A stretch of DNA of 64,000 nucleotides from Candidatus Latescibacterota bacterium (GTDB taxonomy: Bacteria; Latescibacterota; UBA2968; UBA8231): assembly GCA_965248355.1 (NCBI GenBank), contig OZ252098.1, positions 1,280,001 through 1,344,000 of the forward strand, given 5' to 3'. The translations under genes were made by a program, and so were the position numbers. The stretch's first letter is position 1. Every line of letters starts with the position of its first letter. The notes under the pieces were generated by a model, which saw nothing but the letters and a program-made list of their open reading frames with translations, was not told where the DNA came from and searched no databases. Of the stretch, positions 9,720 through 19,481 are shown piece by piece.

Positions 9720-10823
9720 CTAGTCGGTGGGAGATACGGGCTCCGCGGGCCCGGCCTCCGGCGGCTGTGAGTCCGCGTCCACCATCAGCTCGATCCGGTC
9801 CCCCGCGGCGATCGCCCCGGCCCCCGAGAGAGCGGCCACCTTCGACACCCGCGTACCGATGATTTCGCGAACCTCGATCACGGCGATCCGCTCATCGGGA
9901 TCGACGTCCTGGCGGCTTGCCGCCGGATAGACGGAGAATCGGTAGCCTTGGTGAACTCCGTTCTCACTTCCGATGTTGATGAAGATCTCAGACCCGGACA
10001 CGGAGAGGATCTCGGACGCGCCGGAGTCGATGCGGATGCCGGTGGGCCGCAACAGTTGTACCGCCTTCTCAACCACTTCGGCCATGGCCAGCACGGTGGC
10101 CTCGCCGATGGCGGTGCCGCGGAACTCCTCCGATCCGTAGGCCATCTCCCCGAGATTCGCGAACTGGTAGTCCTGCTTCCTCGGCTTGCCCAGCAGGTCG
10201 AGTCCGAGACCCCGGTCGATGGTCTCCTGCCTGGAGTGAGCCGAGCCGATCCGGGTGAGATCGGCAGCCCGGACCAGGTGAACCTCCATCTCGGCCACGC
10301 CCTTGTAGGACTTGTAGCCGCCGATCAGGGGATCGCCCACGTGCAGCCGTTCCATGTTGTAGTCGAGGAGCACACCCCGGGCCAGGACGCCGGCCTGCAG
10401 AACCTCGCCGATTCGACGAAGCTCCGCGTCCGTCCACCGCGACCTGCCTTGACCCGCGACTTCCTCCACGACGGCGAAGGGAACCACGTGCCAGGCCGGG
10501 ACGACCTCCATCTCGGAGCTCAGCATCCGCGGCACTTGGTGCATCAGGTCCCAGACGCCTTCGCGGAAACCGGAATCGTCCTCGAAGGGCAGCACGGCGA
10601 CCCAGGGCCGGTACGCGCCGAGTTCGTCGGCCGAGGCGCGCTGGTCGAGATAGGCCTGAAGCAGAGCGCCAGGCGGACCCCCCTCATCCCCGCCGCCGGG
10701 GGGCGTCCCGGCGCCCGGTGCGGTCAGACCCCTGGGCAGACAGCTGGCGAGGGTCAGCAAGGCCACACTCGCCAGGGCGAAGTGCGGGAAGATGCGTGGG
10801 ACGCCTGGTGGTTTCTGCGTCAT
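9720..10823 (-). CDS. Hypothetical lipoprotein (CsgG/FlgT-like N-terminal region, FlgT-C-like beta domain)
   Basis: Lipobox-like LTLASC; VAVLPFED; C-terminal IFINIGSENGVHQGYRF motif. Fold assignment is tentative. Confidence 0.6.
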   Translation of the reverse strand: MTQKPPGVPRIFPHFALASVALLTLASCLPRGLTAPGAGTPPGGGDEGGPPGALLQAYLDQRASADELGAYRPWVAVLPFEDDSGFREGVWDLMHQVPRMLSSEMEVVPAWHVVPFAVVEEVAGQGRSRWTDAELRRIGEVLQAGVLARGVLLDYNMERLHVGDPLIGGYKSYKGVAEMEVHLVRAADLTRIGSAHSRQETIDRGLGLDLLGKPRKQDYQFANLGEMAYGSEEFRGTAIGEATVLAMAEVVEKAVQLLRPTGIRIDSGASEILSVSGSEIFINIGSENGVHQGYRFSVYPAASRQDVDPDERIAVIEVREIIGTRVSKVAALSGAGAIAAGDRIELMVDADSQPPEAGPAEPVSPTD

Positions 10824-10884
10824 GGGCGGTGTGCACAAGTCCGACGGGAGCCGGCGGCGAGGTGGCCGCCTGGCGCGATTGGAT

Positions 10885-10960
10885 TGGAGCCGCCTCGGGG
10901 GATCGAACCCCGAACCGCCTGATTACAAATCAGGTGCTCTACCAATTGAGCTAAAGCGGC
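10885..10960 (-). tRNA. tRNA-Thr(TGT)
   Basis: Reverse complement GCCGCTTTAGCTCAATTGGTAGAGCACCTGATTTGTAATCAGGCGGTTCGGGGTTCGATCCCCCGAGGCGGCTCCA: cloverleaf, anticodon TGT, encoded CCA, 76 nt. Confidence 0.97.
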
Positions 10961-11072
10961 TCGACCTCTCAAGCCTGCGGCCCGGATGGATTGGCGTCAA
11001 GGCGGTCCCTTGTGGGCTGGCTCGGTTCCGGTCTATCATGGCCACACCCCTCTTCTCCGGAGAATCGCAAGG

Positions 11073-12008
11073 ATGGCATCCGAGCCCTTGGTCTATCTGA
11101 GAGGTCGACTGCAGCCCGCTTCGCAGGCTCACGTGGCGATCTACGATGCCGCCGTGGTTCTGGGCGCCACGGTGACCGACCTGATCCGCACCTTCGACCA
11201 TCAGCCGTACCGGTTGGGAGATCACCTCGACCGCTTCTTCCGCAGCTCCCGCTATGCCCGGATCGCACCCCCCATCGACCGCGTCGAGACCGAGAGGGTC
11301 TGCCGCGATCTGGTGGCCCACAACGCAGACCTGCTGCCACCAGGAGGAGAGTTGGCCCTGGTGCTGTTCCTCTCCCCGGGGGAGCTGTCCGTCTACGCGG
11401 GCAGCGCCGCGGGCGACGAGGAACGCCAGCCGACCTTCTGCATCCACACTTTCCCTCTCCCCTTTCACATCTGGCGATCCTACTTCACCGAGGGGGCCCA
11501 CGTGGTCACCCCATCCATCCGCCAGGTTCCCGCCGTGTGCGTGGATCCCAAGATCAAGTGCCGAAGCCGCATGCATTGGTGGTTGGCGGACCAGGAGAGC
11601 CGGCAGGTCGATCCCCGGGCCGTCTCCCTCTGTCTCGACCTGGAGGGCAACGTCACCGAGACAGGTGGCTCCAACTTCCTGATCTGCCGTGGCGACACCG
11701 TGGTCAGCCCGGCGCCCTCGCACATCCTGCGTGGCATCAGCATGACCACCGTCGCGGAACTGTGCCCGGCCCTCGGACTCGCCTTCGAGGAGAGGGACTT
11801 CCAGGTCTACGACGTGATCAATGCTGACGAGGCCTTCCTGGCCACCACACCGTACTGCCTGGCGCCGGTGACCCGGATCAACAACACCCCCATCGGCGAG
11901 GGGCGACCGGGACCGGTCTTCGGAAAGCTGATGGATGCGTGGAGCACATCGGTGGGAGTGGACATCCTGGCTCAGATCATGGGCCAGGGGCCGGACCGAC
12001 CGGCGTGA
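11073..12008 (+). CDS. PLP-dependent aminotransferase class IV (IlvE/D-alanine aminotransferase/PabC-like)
   Basis: RLGDHLDRF, DPKIKCRSR (PLP Lys), TETGGSNF, ILRGI, ADEAFL; ATG at 11073 after AAGG. Confidence 0.88.
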   Translation: MASEPLVYLRGRLQPASQAHVAIYDAAVVLGATVTDLIRTFDHQPYRLGDHLDRFFRSSRYARIAPPIDRVETERVCRDLVAHNADLLPPGGELALVLFLSPGELSVYAGSAAGDEERQPTFCIHTFPLPFHIWRSYFTEGAHVVTPSIRQVPAVCVDPKIKCRSRMHWWLADQESRQVDPRAVSLCLDLEGNVTETGGSNFLICRGDTVVSPAPSHILRGISMTTVAELCPALGLAFEERDFQVYDVINADEAFLATTPYCLAPVTRINNTPIGEGRPGPVFGKLMDAWSTSVGVDILAQIMGQGPDRPA

Positions 12009-12045
12009 GAGACGAAGTCCGCCCGTTGAAGTCCCGGGCCGGGGA

Positions 12046-12282
12046 TCAGTTGCCCAACTGGCGGGCAGGGGCGCCCATGACCTCGGCGCGGGTTGCGAAG
12101 GCGAGCAACTCCTCGCGCAACTCCACGGGCAGGTCCCGGACGCCGACCCTCTCTGCCTGGGCCGGCAAGGTATCCGGAGCTGACACCCACGCCTCGCCGC
12201 CGCGGCGCCAGCCCACACACGAAGTGGCGCCGGCGCCGGTCAGGTAGAAGCGGTCCCCGTGACGGTAGACTTGGGCGGCCAC
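12046..12282 (-). CDS. Small hypothetical protein
   Basis: 78-aa ORF with ordinary composition directly downstream of the Rid-family gene; GTG start. Confidence 0.5.
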   Translation of the reverse strand: MAAQVYRHGDRFYLTGAGATSCVGWRRGGEAWVSAPDTLPAQAERVGVRDLPVELREELLAFATRAEVMGAPARQLGN

Positions 12283-12286
12283 CTGG

Positions 12287-12880
12287 TTACAGATGCGGCC
12301 CCCGGCCGCGGATGATGCGCAGGGCGAGCTCCGGATCGATCTGCACGATCATCTCCGGTTCGATGCGCACGTGACCGGGAAGATCGAAACCGGCCACGGC
12401 GGAGCGGGCGTGCCAACCCGAGAGGGATGCGTCCTCGCCATCGACGGCGGACTCGGAGATGGGGCCGCCGAAGACATCGTGAAAGACCTTGGTGTAGCCA
12501 TCGACAACCTGGGGAGACTTGGAGAAGGCGCCGCCTCCCGCGGAGTTCACCATGCCGATGCACTTGACGCAGTACCACACGTCGTTGAGGCTGCCTTCGG
12601 GATCGAGGGCCCAGTGCAGGGTGCGGATGTGATTCTCCCCGGCCTCCCGCCCGGCGGCGAAGCCTTCCTCCACGTCCCCGTCGTCGTTGGTCACCGCCCC
12701 CTGGCCCCCACCGGTGCCCGAGGTGAAAACCAGACCGGAGGGGGTGATGGTGGCCATGCAGATCCGCCGCCCCTTCGGGGGGGGAAGAACCTCGTCCCTG
12801 GTCTGCAGATCGATGCCGAGCCGCTCGATCCGTTCGTATACATCGAAGTCCCGCCGCCATGCCTGCGGAAGGTTCGTCAT
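12287..12880 (-). CDS. RidA/YjgF family protein
   Basis: LVFTSG, GMVNS, HARSAV and IEPEMIV motifs; AGGAG RBS before ATG at 12880. Confidence 0.75.
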   Translation of the reverse strand: MTNLPQAWRRDFDVYERIERLGIDLQTRDEVLPPPKGRRICMATITPSGLVFTSGTGGGQGAVTNDDGDVEEGFAAGREAGENHIRTLHWALDPEGSLNDVWYCVKCIGMVNSAGGGAFSKSPQVVDGYTKVFHDVFGGPISESAVDGEDASLSGWHARSAVAGFDLPGHVRIEPEMIVQIDPELALRIIRGRGPHL

Positions 12881-12975
12881 CCTTCTCCTCCTGGTTTCCT
12901 GGTCAGGACCGACCAGGATAGCCCGCTGCGCCGGTGGATCATACGGAGATTGCCGGGCCGGGGGAAGCGGCGCCG

Positions 12976-14706
12976 ATGCCGGTAACCCTGGATCTTTCCG
13001 CACTCGGCCCCCTGGCCGGGAACGTGGCCGCGGCCCGGGACCAGCTCCGCCGCGAGCGCGTCGCCGCACGCATCCTCCAGCGCGACCACACGCTGTGGAA
13101 ACCCGATCCGGCCGGGATCGGCAACCGCCTGGGATGGATCGACAGCCCCGTGGTCATGGCCCGGCACCTGGGCCCCATCGACGACCTGGTGGACGGCGCC
13201 CTCCGGGACGGCCTGACCCGCGCCCTGATGCTGGGCATGGGCGGATCCAGCCTGGCCGCCGAGGTCTTTGCCCGTCTGCCCTCGGTCGCCGGCAGGCGCC
13301 TGCCGCTCTCCGTCCTCGACAGCACCGATCCGGCCGCTGTCGGCGGCCTCACCGCCGCCATCGATCCGGCGCGGACCCTCTTTCTGCCCGCCACCAAGTC
13401 CGGCGGCACCGTGGAGACTCTGTCCCTTCTGAAGTACTGCTACAATCTGACCATCGGAGCCGTCGGCCGGACGCGCGCGGCCCGGCATTTCGCGGCCATC
13501 ACCGACCCGGGCAGCGGCCTGCACCAACTGGCGCAATCCCTCGGCTTTCGCCAGGTCTTCCTGAACGATCCGGAGATTGGCGGGCGCTATTCCTCGCTCT
13601 CTCTCTTCGGCCTGGTCCCCGCCGGCCTCGCGGGCGCGGGTCCCGCCCGTCTCCTCGCGGGCGGACGGGAGGCACGGGCCCGGATCGTCGACGACGGAAC
13701 CGGACTCCAGCTGGGGGCGGTACTCGGTGCCGGCGAGAGGGCCGGCCGCGACAAGCTCACCCTGATCGCCTCCCCTTCCCTGGAACCGCTCGGAGCGTGG
13801 ATCGAGCAACTCATCGCGGAGAGCACGGGCAAGGAGGGCAAGGGGATCCTGCCGGTCCACGGAGAGCCGACGGGAGAGCCCCGTTCCTACGCCGACGACC
13901 GTCTCTTCGCCTACCTGAGCCTGACCGGCGAAGACGGCCCGGACGCGGCGGTGGAGGCTCTGACCGGGGCCGGGCATCCCCTTGTGCGTCTCGAGCTGGA
14001 TGACGCCCACGACGTCGGTACGGCGATGTACTTGTGGAAGGTGGCGACCATCGTCGCCGCCCACCAGATGGGCATCAACCCCTTCGATCAGCCGAATGTG
14101 GAAGCCGCCAAGGTGCTGGCGCGGTCGATGCTCGACACGTACCGGTCGAGAGGCACTTTGCCCGGGTCGCCGCCGGACCTCGTGGAGGACGGCGTGGCCG
14201 TCTGGGGCCATGTCCCGGGCGGCCGACTCCGGGAGGCCATCCGCTCCTTCCTCTCGGTGGAAGACGGGAGGTCTCGGCGCCCGTACGTGGCCTTCCACGC
14301 GTACCTGCCGCCGGATCCCGAGGTGGAGACCCGGGTGACGCGGATCCGCCGCAGGATCCGCGACCGGATGCGGCTGGCCACCACCACCGGATACGGACCC
14401 CGGTACCTGCACTCCACCGGACAGCTCCACAAGGGCGACGCGGGGCACGGACGGTTCGTACAGATCACTTGCGACGACCGGCGCGACTTGCCGATCCCGG
14501 ATGAGCCGGGCGAGTCCAACTCCACCACGACCTTCGGAATCCTCAAGGCGGCCCAGGCCCACGGAGACCTGCAGGCCCTGGTCGATGGTGGACGCACCGT
14601 GCTGAGACTGCACTTGACAGGCGGCCTCTCCGAAGGCCTGAAGGTGATGGACGAGGCTTTCGAGCAGGCCGTGGCAGGTCTCCCCTCCTCCGAAAGGAGC
14701 AGCTAA
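12976..14706 (+). CDS. pgi: Glucose-6-phosphate isomerase (type found as the Pgi half of Tal-Pgi fusions)
   Basis: RLGW, GMGGSSL, TKSGGTVET, ITDPGS, IGGRYS, EQLIAESTGK, NPFDQPNVE, GPRYLHSTGQLHKG. Confidence 0.88.
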   Translation: MPVTLDLSALGPLAGNVAAARDQLRRERVAARILQRDHTLWKPDPAGIGNRLGWIDSPVVMARHLGPIDDLVDGALRDGLTRALMLGMGGSSLAAEVFARLPSVAGRRLPLSVLDSTDPAAVGGLTAAIDPARTLFLPATKSGGTVETLSLLKYCYNLTIGAVGRTRAARHFAAITDPGSGLHQLAQSLGFRQVFLNDPEIGGRYSSLSLFGLVPAGLAGAGPARLLAGGREARARIVDDGTGLQLGAVLGAGERAGRDKLTLIASPSLEPLGAWIEQLIAESTGKEGKGILPVHGEPTGEPRSYADDRLFAYLSLTGEDGPDAAVEALTGAGHPLVRLELDDAHDVGTAMYLWKVATIVAAHQMGINPFDQPNVEAAKVLARSMLDTYRSRGTLPGSPPDLVEDGVAVWGHVPGGRLREAIRSFLSVEDGRSRRPYVAFHAYLPPDPEVETRVTRIRRRIRDRMRLATTTGYGPRYLHSTGQLHKGDAGHGRFVQITCDDRRDLPIPDEPGESNSTTTFGILKAAQAHGDLQALVDGGRTVLRLHLTGGLSEGLKVMDEAFEQAVAGLPSSERSS

Positions 14707-14711
14707 GGCTT

Positions 14712-15635
14712 ATGCAATTGGGCATGATCGGACTCGGGCGCATGGGCGCCAACATGACGACGCGGCTGCTTCGCGACGGTCACGAACTCGTCGTCCATGA
14801 CCGCGACGCCGAGGCCGTGGTGGAGGCGCAACGACGCGGTGCCAGGGGCGTGCAGTCCCTGGACTGCCTGCCCGCCGAACTCGATCCACCTCGTGCGGTC
14901 TGGGTGATGGTGCCCTCGGGCGGGCCCACGGAGGATGCCGTCGCCCGCCTGGGCGCCCTCCTGGAGGCCGGGGATACCGTGATCGACGGCGGCAACAGCA
15001 ACTACCGGGACACGGTGCGCCGAGGACGCGCCCTCGGCGAGAAGGGACTGGCCTACGTCGACGCGGGAACCAGCGGCGGAGTGTGGGGGCTCGACGAGGG
15101 ATACAGCCTGATGATCGGCGGGGAGCAGGCGGCGGTGAACCGTTTGCGCCCGATCTTCGAGAGCCTGGCTCCGTCAGCGGATCGCGGCTGGGGACGTGTC
15201 GGTCCGACAGGGGCCGGCCACTTCGCCAAGATGATCCACAACGGTATCGAGTACGGAATGATGCAGGCCCTCGCAGAAGGCTTTGCGATCATGAAGAAGA
15301 AGACGGAGTTCGGCCTCGATCTGCATCAGGTTGCAGAGATCTGGCGTCACGGTTCGGTCGTGCGCTCCTGGCTTCTCGACCTGACATCAGCGGCCTTGGG
15401 GGAGGATGAGGATCTGTCCCACATCGCGCCGTACGTCTCCGATTCCGGCGAAGGCCGCTGGGCCGTGGCCGAAGCGGTGGATCTCGACGTGCCGGCCCCG
15501 ATCCTCACTCACTCCCTGCTGGCGCGACTGCGCTCGAGGGACGAGGAGTCCTATGCCGACCGGCTGCTGGCGGCGATGCGCAATCAGTTCGGCGGCCATT
15601 CCATAGTGAAGCCGGGGCAGCGACCCCTGTCGTAA
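14712..15635 (+). CDS. gnd: 6-phosphogluconate dehydrogenase, decarboxylating (short YqeC-type)
   Basis: GLGRMG, DGGNS, GTSGG, KMIHNGIEYG, DSGEGRW, MRNQFGGH. Confidence 0.95.
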   Translation: MQLGMIGLGRMGANMTTRLLRDGHELVVHDRDAEAVVEAQRRGARGVQSLDCLPAELDPPRAVWVMVPSGGPTEDAVARLGALLEAGDTVIDGGNSNYRDTVRRGRALGEKGLAYVDAGTSGGVWGLDEGYSLMIGGEQAAVNRLRPIFESLAPSADRGWGRVGPTGAGHFAKMIHNGIEYGMMQALAEGFAIMKKKTEFGLDLHQVAEIWRHGSVVRSWLLDLTSAALGEDEDLSHIAPYVSDSGEGRWAVAEAVDLDVPAPILTHSLLARLRSRDEESYADRLLAAMRNQFGGHSIVKPGQRPLS

Positions 15636-15784
15636 TGGCCTCGGGCCGTCGGCTCAGGTCGGCAACATGTCCCATGGCCATTGTGGAAGTGGCCCACTTG
15701 AAGGAAAAGCGAGTCTGTTCGTAACTTATTTGTCGATGTCGTGCTGACTTCACCATCAACGCAGTCCCAGCCAGAGGAGGTTAC

Positions 15785-16228
15785 ATGCCGAATGTGGCAC
15801 AGGTATTGAAGGAGGAGATCGGCCGATTGGCGCGCAAGGAGATCCGCGCCATCTGTGATCCTCTGCGCCAGCAGGTCCAGACCTTGCGACGCACGGTGCG
15901 CACCCAGCAGGAGACGATCGACAGACTCGAGAAGTCCCTGTCGAAGATGGTCGAGATGACGGCCACCGATGCGGGCACGTCCCTCTATGCACCAGAGGCG
16001 GAGAAGGAAGAAGGCTCGCAAGCGCGGGTGACGCCGGCCTCGATCCGGAGACATCGGCATCGCCTCAAGATGTCGCAGGCCGAACTCGGACGATTGCTGA
16101 GTGTCAGCACGAACACCATCGTGCGCTGGGAGCAGGGAAGCTCGAAACCGCGCGCCCAGCACCGCACCGCCCTGTTGCGGCTTCGCCACATGGGGATCCG
16201 CGACGTCAAGCAGGTCATCGCGGAGTAA
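15785..16228 (+). CDS. XRE-type helix-turn-helix protein with N-terminal coiled coil
   Basis: MPNVAQVLKEEI N-terminus; C-terminal MSQAELGRLLSVSTNTIVRWEQG HTH; strong GAGGAGG RBS. Confidence 0.85.
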   Translation: MPNVAQVLKEEIGRLARKEIRAICDPLRQQVQTLRRTVRTQQETIDRLEKSLSKMVEMTATDAGTSLYAPEAEKEEGSQARVTPASIRRHRHRLKMSQAELGRLLSVSTNTIVRWEQGSSKPRAQHRTALLRLRHMGIRDVKQVIAE

Positions 16229-16248
16229 ACGGTCAGGCCCCAAGTGCC

Positions 16249-16281
16249 AAGGCCCCCGCCCGGCTCGAGGGCGGGGGCCTT
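16249..16281. terminator. Bidirectional intrinsic terminator
   Basis: AAGGCCCCCGCCC-ggctcga-GGGCGGGGGCCTT, a 13-bp stem between convergent genes, followed by TTGT. Confidence 0.8.
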
Positions 16282-16306
16282 TGTCGTCGGCCCGGCTTGG
16301 GCGGCC

Positions 16307-17308
16307 TCAGCCGCCGGCCTTCTCGTACAAATCCCGACCCGCTACCAGAGCCTCGATCTTGCGGTCGGCGACGGAGCGCTTCAGCATCCAGAACCCGCAG
16401 TCGGGGTTGATGCAGGCGATGCGGTCCACACCGACCGCCGTCGCCGTCTCTCCGACCTGGCGCGCGATCTCCTCGGCGCTCTCCACGACGTTCGACTTGA
16501 TGTCCACCACGCCGAGGCCCAGACGAACGAACCCGGCGATCCGCTTCAGGGAGGGCAGCTCCCAGTTGCCCCGGTGAGCCAACTCGAGGAGCACGTGATC
16601 GGCGTGGAGACCGCTCAGGTAGTCGATCAGGTTCTGCCAGCTCCCCTTCTGGATCGTCTGTCCGCCGTAGTTGCCGAAACAGAGGTGCACCGCCGGCGTC
16701 GTCCGCACGCGGTCGAGGATGCGGTTGATCCCTTCCAGGGCCCACTCCCACTCCTGCGAGTGACCAGGGAGGTTGGCCTCGTCCACCTGCACCACGTCGG
16801 CCTCGATATGGGCCACCTGCTCGGCGAGCACGTCGGCCAGGGCCAGGCACAGCTCCGGCCGGCTTCCGTAGTGGTTGTCGAGCAGGGTCTTGCATAGCAT
16901 GTGCGGTCCCGTGAGGGTGAACTTCAGCTTGAGCGAGGTCAGGCTCCGGGCCAGGGAGAAGTCGCCCGGCAGGTCGAGAGCTCCCGCCTCGATCGGTCCC
17001 TCGACGACGGCGCTCGGACGTCCGCGGTAGGACATCTCCTCCTCCCGGCGGAAGGCCTCCACATCCGCCCATCCCACATGGCCGCGCACGTTTCGGAGAG
17101 GCCGGACGAAATACTCGATCATCCCGTTCGTCTCGGGATGGTTGACATCGAAACGCCCCAGCTCCCCATCGGCGACGATGTCGATGCCGGCGTTCTCCTG
17201 GGTCTTCAGCACCACCGCCATGGCGTCGGCCAGGTTCTGCTCCGACGGCAGGGCCGCCAGCCAGTCCGGGATCGGGTAACTCCCCACCACCGTCGTCAGG
17301 ATTCCCAT
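16307..17308 (-). CDS. Core (single-barrel) cobalamin-independent methionine synthase-like Zn enzyme
   Basis: TTVVGSYP, DGE, FTLTGP, QVDE, Zn ligands HLC...E...NPDCG; 333 aa with no N-terminal folate barrel. Confidence 0.85.
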   Translation of the reverse strand: MGILTTVVGSYPIPDWLAALPSEQNLADAMAVVLKTQENAGIDIVADGELGRFDVNHPETNGMIEYFVRPLRNVRGHVGWADVEAFRREEEMSYRGRPSAVVEGPIEAGALDLPGDFSLARSLTSLKLKFTLTGPHMLCKTLLDNHYGSRPELCLALADVLAEQVAHIEADVVQVDEANLPGHSQEWEWALEGINRILDRVRTTPAVHLCFGNYGGQTIQKGSWQNLIDYLSGLHADHVLLELAHRGNWELPSLKRIAGFVRLGLGVVDIKSNVVESAEEIARQVGETATAVGVDRIACINPDCGFWMLKRSVADRKIEALVAGRDLYEKAGG

Positions 17309-17327
17309 ACGGCGCTCTCCTCTCCGT

Positions 17328-19481
17328 TCATCCACCCCGGGCGCGCTCGAGCCCTTCGAGAACAAGCCCTTTGGTGATCACCTCCGGCAGCACGATGGGC
17401 TCCAGGGGCCGCCCCTCGGGAAAGATGACATACAGGGGCACGCCGGAACGACCGAAGGCGCGCAGCATGCGGGTGATCTCGGGGTTGCGGTTGGTCCAGT
17501 CCGCCTTGATCAAGGCGACATTCAGTTCCTCGAAGCGTTCCCTCACATCCGGGTCGGACAGCACGACCCGCTCGTTGATCTTGCAGGTCCAGCACCACTC
17601 GGCGGTGAAATCGATGAAGAGAAGACGGTTCTCCTCCAGCAGCGCCTCGACGCGTTGCACGTCGAAGGCCTCCCAGCCGTCCGCCTCCAAGGCGGGGGCG
17701 CTGCCCCCGGGGGTCGCCACGATGGGGTGCAGGAACAGGCCGTAGCCGGCCAGGGCGATGAGCAGGGAGACGGTCCATGCCGCCCGTCTCGGAGTCCTCG
17801 ATGTGCGCAGATCGATCCAGGACCCCACGATCCAGGCGCCCAGGGCCAGACAGAGCAGAAAGGCGCAGGTCCAGATGACGGCCTCCATTCCCAGCTGCTT
17901 GCCCACCACCCACAACAGCCACAGCACCGTGGCCATGAGCAGGAACCCCATCCCCTGTTTGAAGCGCTCCATCCAGGCCCCGGGACGCGGCAGGAAACGG
18001 ATCCACCGGGGCCGCCAGGCGAGCACCAGGTAGGGCAGGGAGAGGCCGGCGCCGATGGCGACGAAGATGGCGAAGACCGCCGGCGCCGGTTGACTGAAGG
18101 CGAACCCGAGGGCCGTTCCCAGGAAGGGCGCCGTGCACGGCGTGGCCAGAATGGTGGCCAGAACCCCGTTCAGGAAGCTGTGAACCAGGCCCTCACCCTG
18201 AGCGGGACCCCCGAGGGAGCCGACGCGGCCCGGCAGCCGGATGGTGACGACGCCGAACAAGCTGAGCCCCAGGATGAAGACGAGTCCCGTCAGAAAGAGC
18301 ACGAAGCCGGGGGACTGGAACTGGAATCCCCAGCCGATCTGCTCGCCCCCCGCCTTCAGGCCGGTCACGAGAGCGGCGAGGACCACGAAGGTCAGGACCA
18401 CCCCGGCCGAGAAGGCCAGGCCGAGCTGACGGACTCGACGGGGTTCTTCCCCTCCCTGGGAGACGAGGGAGAGGGCTTTCAGGGAGATGACGGGCAGCAC
18501 GCAGGGCATCAGGTTGAGGATCATCCCCCCGACGACCGCCATCAGCAGATACCCCCACAAGGACCGGGCCTCGCCGGCCCCTGCGGTGAAGTCCTCGGCC
18601 AGCAGGTCGACGGCTCTCCCGCGCAGGCCGAAACCGATGGTGCGGAACCGGCGATCGCCGCCGCCATCGGAGAAGGCGATGACGCCGGTCAGCTCCCCGG
18701 GCAGCGGCTGGCCGTCCTCGGCCTCGATCCGCAGCTCCGAACTCGTCTTCTTCGGCCCGTGCTCCAGCCGTGGGCCGGTATCGAGAATGGCTCCGAGGGG
18801 GCGCAGGGGGAAGAAGTCGGGCGGCTCCCGTCCCTCGTGGTCGGCGGTCACCTCCACCGCCACCCTCAGGGCGCCGGCGCCGTCGGGTGCCACGCGCGAC
18901 TCCCAGCTCACCGGGTCCGTGGCCGACAGCGGGGTCGGCACCATGGAGCGGTAGCGGTCGAAGAGGGCTGCATGGGCCGGCTGCGCCCGGCCGGCTTCGA
19001 GGCGCAGCGACAGGGCCGCCTCGCCGGGGATGCAGATCTCCCGGCAGACCAGCCAGCGGACCTCGGCCGTGAACCGCATCGTGTCGGGCAGGACCGCCGG
19101 AGTCCGCACCGGGGCCAGCAGCAACACCTCGCCGGCGTACCCGAAGACGGTCAGGTCGTCCTCCTCGTAGCGATGGGGTCCCGGCCACAGGAGCGGTTCC
19201 ACCTCGAAGCCGGGCGGGACCTGCCAGTCGACCTCCGTGGGCAGGCCGGCGTCGCCTTCGTTGGCCCAGTAGGTGTGCCAGCCGGGCTCCTGCTCCAGGA
19301 GCACTCCCAGGGTGAAGCCGCGCCCCGCTTCGACCGAGGTCACGTCGGCCAGCAGCCGGGCCCGCACGGGATCGGGGAACCGGGCCTCGCCGGTGGAGGC
19401 GGAGAAGGCCAGAAGAACGAGGGGAAGCCCCATGGTGAAGGGCCGGGAGACGGCTCGCCAGGATCGGAGGAATGCGCTCAT
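17328..19481 (-). CDS. dsbD: Protein-disulfide reductase DsbD family
   Basis: GWHTYW and CREICIP N-domain; LNLMPCVLPV and ATPCTAP TM domain; C-terminal thioredoxin motif FTAEWCWTC. Start could be 19433. Confidence 0.9.
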   Translation of the reverse strand: MSAFLRSWRAVSRPFTMGLPLVLLAFSASTGEARFPDPVRARLLADVTSVEAGRGFTLGVLLEQEPGWHTYWANEGDAGLPTEVDWQVPPGFEVEPLLWPGPHRYEEDDLTVFGYAGEVLLLAPVRTPAVLPDTMRFTAEVRWLVCREICIPGEAALSLRLEAGRAQPAHAALFDRYRSMVPTPLSATDPVSWESRVAPDGAGALRVAVEVTADHEGREPPDFFPLRPLGAILDTGPRLEHGPKKTSSELRIEAEDGQPLPGELTGVIAFSDGGGDRRFRTIGFGLRGRAVDLLAEDFTAGAGEARSLWGYLLMAVVGGMILNLMPCVLPVISLKALSLVSQGGEEPRRVRQLGLAFSAGVVLTFVVLAALVTGLKAGGEQIGWGFQFQSPGFVLFLTGLVFILGLSLFGVVTIRLPGRVGSLGGPAQGEGLVHSFLNGVLATILATPCTAPFLGTALGFAFSQPAPAVFAIFVAIGAGLSLPYLVLAWRPRWIRFLPRPGAWMERFKQGMGFLLMATVLWLLWVVGKQLGMEAVIWTCAFLLCLALGAWIVGSWIDLRTSRTPRRAAWTVSLLIALAGYGLFLHPIVATPGGSAPALEADGWEAFDVQRVEALLEENRLLFIDFTAEWCWTCKINERVVLSDPDVRERFEELNVALIKADWTNRNPEITRMLRAFGRSGVPLYVIFPEGRPLEPIVLPEVITKGLVLEGLERARGG

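Noticed and set aside
10885..10960. tRNA-Thr as an integration site for a genomic island
   Set aside because: No integrase nearby, no duplicated tRNA 3' end noticed in the window, and the flanking genes look native.
15785..16228. HTH gene as an antitoxin or prophage repressor
   Set aside because: No toxin or phage genes are adjacent; it is a monocistronic gene with its own terminator.
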